DNA from: a virus | Taxonomy: Duplodnaviria > Caudoviricetes | Strand: one strand, 5' to 3' | Virus record (IMG/VR): IMGVR_UViG_3300044691_000265 | Location: 1-62,521 of that record | DNA: 62,521 nt | Shown here: positions 1 to 8,354 of the stretch, one piece after another | Layout of the letters: each line of letters starts with the position of its first letter | Numbering within the stretch: the first letter of the stretch is position 1 | The notes under the pieces: generated by a model | Told to the model about the DNA's origin: nothing | What the model saw: only the letters and a program-made list of their open reading frames with translations | The model's database searches: none | Position numbers and translations under genes: made by a program

Positions 1-127
1 CCAGCCCGCGGTCGAAAGCCTCGCGATGCCGCTGATCTTCCGGACCATCACCAACCGGCATCCAGCCCACCGTCTTGCCGGTCTCGGCGTCGTGCTCTTC
101 CATCAGAAAGTTCGCGGGCGTCATTTC
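1..127. repeat. Terminal direct repeat, copy 1 (circular assembly overlap)
   Basis: 1-127 is identical to 62395-62521, and the repeat cuts through an ORF. Confidence 0.95.
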
Positions 128-313
128 CGCCGGCTTCAACTCGCGCCGCTTGAACAGCAACCCGCCCCGGACCATGCAGCTCGTACCGTCCAGCTTCGCG
201 GTCGCCACACCCTCGCCGGCAAAGACCCAGCCGCACGCCAGATTCGGCAGGTCCAGCACCCGCGACCGATCGCCATTCCAGTCGCGTTCGAAGATCGTCG
301 GGATCTTCCTCAC
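1..313 (-). CDS. RNA ligase-like nucleotidyltransferase (DUF5565/RLIG1-like), N-terminal part; continues at 62394->62144
   Basis: GTG at 313 with upstream GGAGG; reads MRKIPTIFERDW...VATAKLDGTSC (KxDG motif I); 313+251 nt = 188 codons in frame across the junction. Confidence 0.75.
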   Translation of the reverse strand, partial: MRKIPTIFERDWNGDRSRVLDLPNLACGWVFAGEGVATAKLDGTSCMVRGGLLFKRRELKPAEMTPANFLMEEHDAETGKTVGWMPVGDGPEDQRHREAFDRGL

Positions 314-377
314 TGCACCGTCCTCCCGCCCCGCCGCTGCGACACCATCCCGGCCGCCAGAATGTCTTTCGTGTGCA

Positions 378-620
378 TCATCTATCTCCCCGGATCGGCC
401 GCACCCCGGCCGCGCGTTCCGCCTGATCGATATTCGCCTGCGTCAGCATCACCGAGATCCGCCCGTCCGGCTCATCGCGCACCTTCGTCAACAGTCCCAG
501 ATCCACCAGCCGCCGTGCCGCCGCCTGCCGCTTCGCCGTCGGCACATGCGGCCCGTTCAGAGCCAGCCGGTCCAGCGAGCATTTCGCCAGGATGATCTGC
601 TCGGCATGATTCGTGTTCAT
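378..620 (-). CDS. Hypothetical protein
   Basis: ORF MNTNHAEQIILAK... within the minus-strand gene run. Confidence 0.55.
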   Translation of the reverse strand: MNTNHAEQIILAKCSLDRLALNGPHVPTAKRQAAARRLVDLGLLTKVRDEPDGRISVMLTQANIDQAERAAGVRPIRGDR

Positions 621-754
621 GCGCCAGCAGTTCCGCAGAAACACAGCATCGCGCCTCGGCTTCCGCATGATCCCCTTCCCTTGCCAAGCATCTGATCGAA
701 GATCGGCAGCACCGGTCTCAGAAACGCGGCGATGTTCGCGCGCTGAGATCTCGG

Positions 755-1009
755 TCAACGCAGCGGCGGACCGACACGCACCAGAATCGTACCAACCACC
801 GGCCCCGGCTGGCGATCGATAATCCGGATGCCCGGAAACCGCTTCAGCAGCTTCGCGATATAGCGGTCCGCTTTTTCCTCGGTCTCGACGATAAAGCCAT
901 TCATCGGCGGCTTGTCACCAGAACCAGCCGGCGCGTTCATCACCGACTCGCCGATCAGTTTGATCCGATCGTTCTCGCTCAGCCGATGAAGATCTGCCGC
1001 AGTGACCAT
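755..1009 (-). CDS. Hypothetical protein
   Basis: 84-aa ORF with protein-like composition; first gene of the leftward operon. Confidence 0.7.
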   Translation of the reverse strand: MVTAADLHRLSENDRIKLIGESVMNAPAGSGDKPPMNGFIVETEEKADRYIAKLLKRFPGIRIIDRQPGPVVGTILVRVGPPLR

Positions 1010-1211
1010 CAGTGCAAGCCTCTGAATTCGTTATTTTTTTGGGGGGAAACGTCTAGTGACCTCCCTGTGTATCGCGGGGAACGCGTCCGATGGCCTGGGC
1101 GGCGTGGCCAAGCCGGGTCGAGCTGGAAACCTGCCATCTGGGCGGGTGTCAATCGGTCGCGCTTGCGTTTTCATCTCCTTTTGCTATCGTGGTTGCACCG
1201 TAACCCATCGA

Positions 1212-1730
1212 ATGAACGTCTGTCAAACAAATCCTAGACGTTCGTTTGAGTTTTGTTCGAGGGTCTTCGTGGGCCTTCCACAAGCGGTTGAGGTTCCAGA
1301 CAATTCCTCGCCGCAGCGGGTGCCGGCCTCAAAACAGGCCGGTTGGTATCGTCGCAAAACAGTACCAGACGTGCGCACGAGCTACGGCACCGTGTTTGAA
1401 CGCGCGTCGGTCTGGGTCTTTCCTTGGACGCGGCGAGGTTATCCAGGCTTTCAACGCGGCGTGCTTTCGATCCTCGGCAGAGTTGTGACGTGGGGTGCCG
1501 CTAATCATTGGCGTTCGGGTCGTCGTCGGCTGCCGGTCGATATTGCCGCGTCAATGGTCGAGCATATCGAGGCACGATCGCTTTCCGGCCTGGCGCTTGT
1601 TTCCGAGCTGCGCGACTACATCGCCGCTGAAGAGGGAAAGCTCACTCGACGGGGTCCGTTGTCGAATGTCACGTTCGATGCTGCCGGCAATCCCCGAACC
1701 AATCAGAGCAAGGGCGGACGGGTCTATTGA
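1212..1730 (+). CDS. Hypothetical protein, possible HTH DNA-binding protein
   Basis: LGRVVTWGAANHWRSGRRRLP resembles an HTH recognition helix; start uncertain. Confidence 0.45.
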   Translation: MNVCQTNPRRSFEFCSRVFVGLPQAVEVPDNSSPQRVPASKQAGWYRRKTVPDVRTSYGTVFERASVWVFPWTRRGYPGFQRGVLSILGRVVTWGAANHWRSGRRRLPVDIAASMVEHIEARSLSGLALVSELRDYIAAEEGKLTRRGPLSNVTFDAAGNPRTNQSKGGRVY

Positions 1731-1961
1731 TCGGGACGAGTAGGATTGCCTGCTTCGCTGACCGGCAAACGGCCAAAAGCAGTTTTTCGTCTAAGATATA
1801 TATAACTACGCGCGCGGGAGCGGGCGCTATATTCGCGCGGGTGCGCAGGGGTAGTTTTTTCAGTTTTGAGCAAAAATCAGGATTGGTGAGTTTGAAAAAC
1901 TCTTCAAATTCAGCGTGTTATAAAATAATGCGCGAATATGCGTTTTGAGCGTATTTAGGTG

Positions 1962-1994
1962 TTGACGAATATACGCTGTTAGCGCATACATAGT
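1962..1994 (+). promoter_or_regulatory. Putative early promoter with overlapping operator-like palindrome
   Basis: TTGACG at 1962-1967 in AT-rich DNA; imperfect inverted repeat TATACGCT-GTT-AGCGCATA; precedes the first early ORF. Confidence 0.4.
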
Positions 1995-2028
1995 GAACCG
2001 AACGACCAAACCACTGTGAGTGCAAAAC

Positions 2029-2178
2029 ATGTTCAAGCTGCTTGATGCTTACCGCGTTAATCCGACCGACAACAACAAAGCTCGCCTGCAGAAGCATCTG
2101 GCGAAGAAGCCGATGACGGTCTGTTTCCTCGACGCGGCCGATACCGCGTTTCTCCGTCTCAACGGCTTCAAGCTTTAG
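2029..2178 (+). CDS. Small hypothetical protein (49 aa; not in ORF track)
   Basis: MFKLLDAYRVNPTDNNKARLQKHLAKK...; GTGAG ribosome-binding site upstream. Confidence 0.65.
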   Translation: MFKLLDAYRVNPTDNNKARLQKHLAKKPMTVCFLDAADTAFLRLNGFKL

Positions 2179-2191
2179 GGGGGCGAAGATC

Positions 2192-2656
2192 ATGGCAAAG
2201 CGCATGAGCTGGTACGATAAGGGTTTCAAGGAAGCGATCGACGGTCTTTTGATCGATCCGCCGATGAACCCCGGTCATTCGAGTTTCGAAAACTATTCGG
2301 CGGGTTACCGCGACGGCGAGCGCCAGAACGAGCGCGACGCATGGAAGGAAGCGGCCGAAATCGAGGCTTGCGAGCCAGTGGAAGCCGGTCCGATCGTCGA
2401 AGCGGTAACGGCTCAAATCGCCCGCGGTCCGGATTGGTCAATCATCGTTCCGGACTATGTGTATTGCTTGGCCCATGCCGCGGGTCTCGACAATATGGCG
2501 TGCCTTACGATCGCTGGCCGTGCCAAGGAAGTGCACGAACGCGATACGATGGATGTTCGCGGGACCGACCCGGCAAATCCGACGGTATGGGCGCGCGATC
2601 CGATTATCCGCAAGGCACTGCGCTTGCTGGCCGCTAACGAGCTGGGGGAGTGCTGA
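2192..2656 (+). CDS. Hypothetical early protein
   Basis: 154-aa ORF with purine-rich upstream sequence; in operon. Confidence 0.7.
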   Translation: MAKRMSWYDKGFKEAIDGLLIDPPMNPGHSSFENYSAGYRDGERQNERDAWKEAAEIEACEPVEAGPIVEAVTAQIARGPDWSIIVPDYVYCLAHAAGLDNMACLTIAGRAKEVHERDTMDVRGTDPANPTVWARDPIIRKALRLLAANELGEC

Positions 2657-2658
2657 TT

Positions 2659-2994
2659 ATGTACCCGATCGATTTCAACACCGCGACCATGGGCGATGTT
2701 ATCCGCCGTTCGATGGTCTGTCACCCGTCCGTCTTGATGGATGCTATGCGGGTGGTTGCTCGCAATCACGAGCGGTACGCGATTATCACCCATAACAAGG
2801 GCGCCAAGGTGTCGGCCGCGCGTATGGGGAAAGATGCGCGCTACGCGATCCGCATGGTTGACCAGCAGGACGTCGACGCGTTGGTCGCCAATTTCTCGGC
2901 CAAAATCCAGACGTTCGAGCAAGCCTGCCGGTTGCAGCTCGTGCCGCACGGGACGCGTGCGATCATCGCCACTCGTGAAGATGGGAGCGTCTGA
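2659..2994 (+). CDS. Hypothetical early protein
   Basis: GGGGAG RBS; tightly packed with neighbours. Confidence 0.7.
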   Translation: MYPIDFNTATMGDVIRRSMVCHPSVLMDAMRVVARNHERYAIITHNKGAKVSAARMGKDARYAIRMVDQQDVDALVANFSAKIQTFEQACRLQLVPHGTRAIIATREDGSV

Positions 2995-2996
2995 TC

Positions 2997-3185
2997 ATGG
3001 AACAAGAGCAAATCCAGGCGCGCGCGGTGCTCTGCCTGTTGCACGATATCGTCTTGGCCCTGAACCTCGACAACGTGTCGCCAGTCGAGTTGCTGGACGC
3101 GCTAGAGGGTGCCGGCCTTGCTGTCGAGACTGGTTCCACAAGCGAGGACGACTTAGCCCACATGGAGCGGGCGCGCGGCCTCTAG
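2997..3185 (+). CDS. Hypothetical acidic protein
   Basis: 62-aa ORF with GGGAG RBS. Confidence 0.65.
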   Translation: MEQEQIQARAVLCLLHDIVLALNLDNVSPVELLDALEGAGLAVETGSTSEDDLAHMERARGL

Positions 3186-3272
3186 CGCCGAACCCTACCA
3201 CCCACCAAAAGCCCGCATGGATGATCCCAGCGGGCTTAAGGCGGTACTAGACCAACCTGTGAGGCTCAGACC

Positions 3273-3581
3273 ATGAAGACCAGTCGCAAACCCGCCCGTC
3301 CGTCGCTTGCGCAAGCATGTGCGTGCTACGTCCACCGCTATACCATGGAGCACGTCCCGGCATGGGCACAGAAGCCCTGCGAATGGCCGGGCGAGGGTCC
3401 GCAATACGGGCGCCACTATGCCCCGAATTTCCGCACTGACGCGGAATGGTATGCAAACACGATATTTCCGGGCGAGCCGGACCATCCCGATTATCCACAC
3501 AAATCGGAATACTGCTACACGACCGGGCAGACGTGGCCGCTCGGCCATTGGCTCGATAAGCCGTTCAACCGGAACGCCTAG
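3273..3581 (+). CDS. Hypothetical early protein
   Basis: GAGG RBS; YVHRYTMEHVPAWA...YAPNFRTDAEWYANT reads like a phage protein. Confidence 0.75.
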   Translation: MKTSRKPARPSLAQACACYVHRYTMEHVPAWAQKPCEWPGEGPQYGRHYAPNFRTDAEWYANTIFPGEPDHPDYPHKSEYCYTTGQTWPLGHWLDKPFNRNA

Positions 3582-3724
3582 CCATGCGCCCCGTCCGCAC
3601 CCTGCCCCGCTGGCGTCTGATCCTGCGCGCGGTGTTCGCGACGGGCGCCACTCAAACCGACGCGATGGCCGAGCTAGACCGTCGACGCGGCACCAATCAA
3701 CCGACCAACCTGTGAGTATCTGAT

Positions 3725-4429
3725 ATGACCGACGTTCAACGCACCCTCGATTACATCCGCCGCCACCCGGACACGTTCGCCGCAGTGCCGACGCTCGCCG
3801 CATTCGTTGCCGCCATCCATGATACCGCTGCCGGCCGCGTGCTGGCACCCTATGTCGGCGGATGGGCTGATCTGGCCTATCGTGGCGCAAAGGCGCATGG
3901 GCTCGATCTGACGCCGCATCGCGTGCTGTTCTGCCCGGAAACGCGCGACATCGCCGAATTGGTGGAAGATGTCCGTTATCTGCCGCTGCCGCAGGGCGGG
4001 CTGTACCGCGATCAGGCTCAGGCGCTGGTCGGAAACCGCTCGTTCGTGATGGCGTCCCGTTGCCCGGATGTCCCGTTCGGGAGCGTCGGCGGTAAATGCG
4101 ATTGGTCACCCGACTGGCTTGCCAAGGGTGAGAAGATCCGGCGCCGCATGGGCGCCACGACTTACGGCACCTATTGCCGCCCGTCGGCTGCGATCGCGCA
4201 AGGCTTGAGCGATGGCGGTTACGGGACCGATCCCATTAGCACGCTCGAACTCGTGCGGTGGGCGGATGGGCGCACGCTGGTAACCGCGCGGTATGACGAC
4301 TATCCGGGCTCCCCGTGGCTTGCCCTGCTCGACGCTGGCAAGTGCGATCTGGTCGCGCTGATGCCGGAAGAGGACCGCGCCATCATCGCCGAGAACAAGC
4401 GCGCCGAAATCGAAGCGTGGGGGGAGTGA
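3725..4429 (+). CDS. Hypothetical early protein
   Basis: 234-aa ORF after the repeated GACCAACCTGTGAG leader. Confidence 0.75.
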   Translation: MTDVQRTLDYIRRHPDTFAAVPTLAAFVAAIHDTAAGRVLAPYVGGWADLAYRGAKAHGLDLTPHRVLFCPETRDIAELVEDVRYLPLPQGGLYRDQAQALVGNRSFVMASRCPDVPFGSVGGKCDWSPDWLAKGEKIRRRMGATTYGTYCRPSAAIAQGLSDGGYGTDPISTLELVRWADGRTLVTARYDDYPGSPWLALLDAGKCDLVALMPEEDRAIIAENKRAEIEAWGE

Positions 4430-4560
4430 TGTCCGCCCGCGCTGAGGAAATGCTCGGAACCATCATCGGGCTATGTGTCTCGTTCTTCCTTCTCATGATC
4501 GCAATCATGCTCGTCACCATCCCGTTTTGGGTGCCGCTCTGGATGATGGCGCTTCGCTAA
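4429..4560 (+). CDS. Small membrane protein
   Basis: TGATG coupling; long hydrophobic segment. Confidence 0.6.
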   Translation: MSARAEEMLGTIIGLCVSFFLLMIAIMLVTIPFWVPLWMMALR

Positions 4561-4594
4561 CCCTGCAACCGACCGACTAAATGGGGTTTCGACC

Positions 4595-4771
4595 ATGCAA
4601 CTGATGCGCGTGCAATACCTCAACCAGCGCGACCGGTATTTTATCGACGGTCTGCGCGTGTCCTTCGCCCATTACGAAGCGATCAACGCACGAGCGCTGC
4701 GCGAGGGGCGTCTGTCGTGCCTGTCGACGGAGCGGCGCGGCAATACGTGGCGCCACTACGCCAACTGCTGA
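4595..4771 (+). CDS. Small hypothetical protein (58 aa; not in ORF track)
   Basis: MQLMRVQYLNQRDRYFIDGLRVS... Confidence 0.6.
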   Translation: MQLMRVQYLNQRDRYFIDGLRVSFAHYEAINARALREGRLSCLSTERRGNTWRHYANC

Positions 4772-4846
4772 GCCCGTGGCGCCCGTTAACGCGGGCGCCC
4801 ATTCTAAGCCGCTGGGCTGGCCGGCGGTTTAGATGAAGGGACCAAT

Positions 4847-5068
4847 ATGTTCTATCCCGAGGTTAAGCCGTCATGGTCGATCGCCGCGGCTATAGCGGCG
4901 ATCGATGCTTTCGAGAAGGCATCACCGCTTGATTTGGAGCGCTCCAATGGGCCGGAGCTAGCAATCTGGCATCTTCTTGTCAGCCTTCGCGATCTGGCAA
5001 ACGGAACGGGGATCGATTTCGACCGTGTCGCGCGGGAGGCGGCCGAACATGGCCAGATCGAGGGATGA
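4847..5068 (+). CDS. Hypothetical protein
   Basis: 73-aa ORF with AAGGGA RBS. Confidence 0.6.
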   Translation: MFYPEVKPSWSIAAAIAAIDAFEKASPLDLERSNGPELAIWHLLVSLRDLANGTGIDFDRVAREAAEHGQIEG

Positions 5069-5292
5069 CCACCGCAACTCTCGACCCGTCTTGGCCCGGC
5101 TTCACGGAATTAGAGATGGGTGTTTTGATGTATCTAATGCAGGGAAATCGGCCAAGCGGTTTGATTGGTGTTGAGAAGGCCGCATTGAAGCGGCTAATCA
5201 AGAAACGGGCAGTCCACGTCGGCGGCGATTTGGCGCTGATATCGACGCTCGGGCTTCTGGCCAAAGTGTCACCCAAGGGGATACGGCTATGA
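5065..5292 (+). CDS. Hypothetical protein
   Basis: ATGA overlaps at both ends. Confidence 0.6.
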   Translation: MTTATLDPSWPGFTELEMGVLMYLMQGNRPSGLIGVEKAALKRLIKKRAVHVGGDLALISTLGLLAKVSPKGIRL

Positions 5293-5606
5293 CCGCGCGC
5301 ACCCTGGCTGAACTGGAAGCCGCCCGCGCGGTTCAGTTCGCTATGACCGCCGACCAGCTCAAAGCCTGGCGGGCGCGGATGAACCTGTCCGCCGCGGGTG
5401 CCGCGTTCGTGCTCGGCGTGTCGGTCCGGACGTACCAGGCGTGGGAGTCCGGCCGTAACCCCGTCATGCTGACCGCGTCCATCCTGGCCATCCAGTTGGA
5501 GGCAACCGGCTTGCGCGGCTTGCGCGGCTTGCGCCCGGCCGAACGCGCGTTACTCGAACCGGTCCGGGCCATCTACGGCCAGGGGGACGCATGCGCCGCG
5601 CGCTGA
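5289..5606 (+). CDS. XRE-family HTH protein
   Basis: MTADQLKAWRARMNLSAAGAAFVLGVSVRTYQAWESG is a typical HTH_3 pattern. Confidence 0.8.
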   Translation: MTARTLAELEAARAVQFAMTADQLKAWRARMNLSAAGAAFVLGVSVRTYQAWESGRNPVMLTASILAIQLEATGLRGLRGLRPAERALLEPVRAIYGQGDACAAR

Positions 5607-5940
5607 TCATCACGCTCGTGGTGCTCGAATGCCTGTGGGCTGTCGGCGAAGCGCTCGCCGGGTTGGGCGGTTCGAGCCATCATCGGCGCAACCGGCGGCA
5701 TCACTGAGCGCCCGAACGCTAACGAAATCTTGAGAGAGAAGGGGCAATAATATGTCATTCACCTGAATAGGAGGCGGGCCATGCGCCCGGACGACGTCGA
5801 TACCTTGAAGTGCTGGTTGCATTTCTTGGAAGTTCTTTTGCGGTTTGTTGGCCCGTTAGTTGTGGCTATTGCCCATCGGATTGAGACAAACCGCAAGCCG
5901 CGTCTTGTTCGACGCAAACATATCTAGAAGGACTTTGACC

Positions 5941-6159
5941 ATGCGTAAGCTCGTTGCTCTGTTACTTGCCGCCGCCACACTGTCCGGTTGCGTCGATCCG
6001 GCCCATCGTAGTGCCTATTCGCAATGCATCATGGATAATCCGAACACGGACGCGCAGAACGCGCTGATGTTTTTCGGCGCGATCGGCGGCATCCTCTCCG
6101 CCACGACCGACCATTCCGCCCGCGACCAGTGTTTCTTGGATCATGGGCTGAAGCTCTGA
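5941..6159 (+). CDS. Lipoprotein (possible moron / superinfection exclusion)
   Basis: MRKLVALLLAAATLSGC lipobox; own AT-rich upstream region and AGGA RBS. Confidence 0.7.
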   Translation: MRKLVALLLAAATLSGCVDPAHRSAYSQCIMDNPNTDAQNALMFFGAIGGILSATTDHSARDQCFLDHGLKL

Positions 6160-6263
6160 AACGCGTCAGGATCGCGCAGGAAGGGCCGAGTCGCCCCCGG
6201 CCTAGACCACCCTACCCAAAACGCCCGCTTGGCACCGTCCTCGCGGGCGTTTGCACGTCTCCG

Positions 6264-6866
6264 TCAATCTTCCGGTTTAACTTTCCGGCGCGTCGTGCCG
6301 AGTTTGGCATAAATCTCGTCCATCATCTGGGTTACGTCGACCACGTCGCGCGCCGGTTCCTCGGCCGGCTTGACCGCGACCGCTTGGCGCAGCGCCACCT
6401 GCCGGGCCATCCGCAGCCGCACCAGCGCGGTATGCGCGTCGGCCAGGTCGCCCCGGACGTGCTTCAGGATCGCGGCCGGTTTCGGCATCCACTCCGACTG
6501 CTGCCGGGCAGCCCGGCACGCGCGCTCTAATGCCCAGGCCGGCAGGTGCGCCAGCGCGTCGACGTAGTCGGCCTTGTTCCTTGCCCACCACGCCCGGTTC
6601 GCCTCGTGCGCCGCCTCGCCCCGCGGCGGGTTATGCATGTCGAGCAGCCGCTGCAGCTCGTCCACCACCCGCTCGCGCGGCGCGGGCTGCAGCCATACCT
6701 CCCCGCGCATGATCTCGGCATTAAGGCTCGTGATCGATGACGGGACCGGTTCGACGACCGTCCAGGCTTCCAGCCACTTCGGTGCCGCCCAGGTCGTCGA
6801 GATCGAATGCGCTTCGAGTTGTGTCGACGCGCCGGCCGTTTCGATTTCCTGGCCCATTTTTCGCAA
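6264..6866 (-). CDS. Putative replication accessory / helicase-loader-like protein
   Basis: Directly after the initiator gene; YVDALAHLPAWALERAC...WMPKPAAI; start uncertain. Confidence 0.5.
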   Translation of the reverse strand: MRKMGQEIETAGASTQLEAHSISTTWAAPKWLEAWTVVEPVPSSITSLNAEIMRGEVWLQPAPRERVVDELQRLLDMHNPPRGEAAHEANRAWWARNKADYVDALAHLPAWALERACRAARQQSEWMPKPAAILKHVRGDLADAHTALVRLRMARQVALRQAVAVKPAEEPARDVVDVTQMMDEIYAKLGTTRRKVKPED

Positions 6867-7560
6867 ACTCCAACGATTTGATGATCCACGCGATGGGTTC
6901 GACTGGCACTTCGCGTTCGCACGCGATCAACGCGGCCAACACCGCCGCTTCGCCGTATTGCTTCACCCATTTTCCGACCATCGACCGGTGGGTGTCTGGG
7001 TTCTTACCGGTGGCCCGCGCGAGTGACGCTAGACCGGCGCTGAAAGCGGTCGCCTTCAATGGTTTGTCGCCGAGGTCAAGTGTCGGTTGTTCCGCAGCAG
7101 TAGCGCCAGCTACTGGATATGTTTTATCGTCAGATAAAACAGGTGGTGGTGGTGGGCATTGATCAAGCAGTGCTTGAGCAGTGCTTGCGGTAATGCTTGG
7201 AGCATCACCTTCGGCCTCATCACGATCAGCCCAACGCGCGGCTGCAGCCCGCTCTGCCTTTAGAGTTGCCTTCTCCCGCTTTGCACCCCAGAGCAAGATT
7301 TCTTGATCGATTCTCGGGTGAATTACGAAACCGTTTTCGGTCTTAAAAAACGCTAAAATTACGTCGCGATTTTTGCGCCATTCGCCCTTGTCCATGCGCG
7401 CCGCGCGCCGGAGATGGTCGTCTTTATCGATCAGCGGGCCGCCGGTTTGCCAATAGTGCCCAATGAGCAGCAGGTACGCGCCATGCTGCGCCGCGGTCAG
7501 GTGCGCCGTGTCCCGCAGGTAGTCGCCCCAATAGATTGGCATCCAGTTTTTGGCACTCAT
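6721..7560 (-). CDS. DUF1376 (YdaU-like) replication initiator
   Basis: N-terminus WMPIYWGDYLRDTAHLTAAQHGAYLLLIGHYW is typical of DUF1376. Confidence 0.85.
   Translation of the reverse strand: MSAKNWMPIYWGDYLRDTAHLTAAQHGAYLLLIGHYWQTGGPLIDKDDHLRRAARMDKGEWRKNRDVILAFFKTENGFVIHPRIDQEILLWGAKREKATLKAERAAAARWADRDEAEGDAPSITASTAQALLDQCPPPPPVLSDDKTYPVAGATAAEQPTLDLGDKPLKATAFSAGLASLARATGKNPDTHRSMVGKWVKQYGEAAVLAALIACEREVPVEPIAWIIKSLEFAKNGPGNRNGRRVDTTRSAFDLDDLGGTEVAGSLDGRRTGPVIDHEP
7117..7205. promoter_or_regulatory. Candidate replication origin (iteron-like repeats inside the initiator gene)
   Basis: AGCAGTGCTTG x2 (7166-7187) plus a degenerate copy; AT-rich inverted repeat GTTTTATC/GATAAAAC (7121-7140). 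Confidence 0.45.
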
Positions 7561-8354
7561 TGGCCTGCCCCGCGGGCGCGTCGAGCCAAGTTAGAAACGC
7601 ATAGTTCAAAATCAGCCTCGTCTTCCGCTTCCTTCGCGGCGATCATCAACCCCCGAACCGGCACACCCGCCAGATAGGCTTCTTCGAGAAAATCAACACA
7701 TTTGTAGAACTTTATGCGAAATCTGCTGCGGCAGATCGCTTGCGTGTAGTACAGATCCTTCAGATATGGTTTGTCCGCCGAGCGTTTTTGGACAGCGGCA
7801 ACGGCGGGGACTTTGGAGAATGCAATATTCCAAGAGTCCGAGGTCGCTAGGTCATTGTGAAACACCAAGTACTGGCCGAACGAGGCGTCGACCGCGTCCA
7901 GTATTTCGCTGATCGACAGTTTCGCCATCCATCTGCGTATCGTCTGTTTTCCGTTTTCATTGACCCCGAAATTACTTTTCGCCTCGATGCGGTCTGCGAT
8001 GTGGCAAACCTTTTCCTCTTCCAGCGACGACAAGCCGTCGCGCCATTCCAGCATCATTTCCGATTGCTGGCGACGTTCCTCAAGTTCCTCAATTTGAGCG
8101 CGTTGGCGCTCCACGATGCTGTCATCGCTGAGCAGCCGGGCACCTTTCCCGGAGTTGCACGACTGACAAGCCGTGATCAGGTTCATGATCTCCGTCTTGC
8201 CACCCTCGGCGACCGGCTGAATGTGATCGCACTGCAGGATGACGTCCGGCGCTTTTTCGCCGCAATATTGGCAGGTGAATTTGTCCCGCTTGAAGACTTC
8301 GAACCGGAGTTTTTTGCTCAGAGGTTCGCGGGTGTGATCAGTCACGGCCGGCAC
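7557..8354 (-). CDS. HNH endonuclease
   Basis: LRFEVFKRDKFTCQYCG...DHIQPVAEGG...NLITACQSCNSGK. Confidence 0.9.
   Translation of the reverse strand: MPAVTDHTREPLSKKLRFEVFKRDKFTCQYCGEKAPDVILQCDHIQPVAEGGKTEIMNLITACQSCNSGKGARLLSDDSIVERQRAQIEELEERRQQSEMMLEWRDGLSSLEEEKVCHIADRIEAKSNFGVNENGKQTIRRWMAKLSISEILDAVDASFGQYLVFHNDLATSDSWNIAFSKVPAVAAVQKRSADKPYLKDLYYTQAICRSRFRIKFYKCVDFLEEAYLAGVPVRGLMIAAKEAEDEADFELCVSNLARRARGAGQ

Noticed and set aside
5508-5534. 9-bp tandem repeat x3 (GGCTTGCGC)
   Set aside because: In-frame GLR repeat; a simple slippage expansion with no evident function
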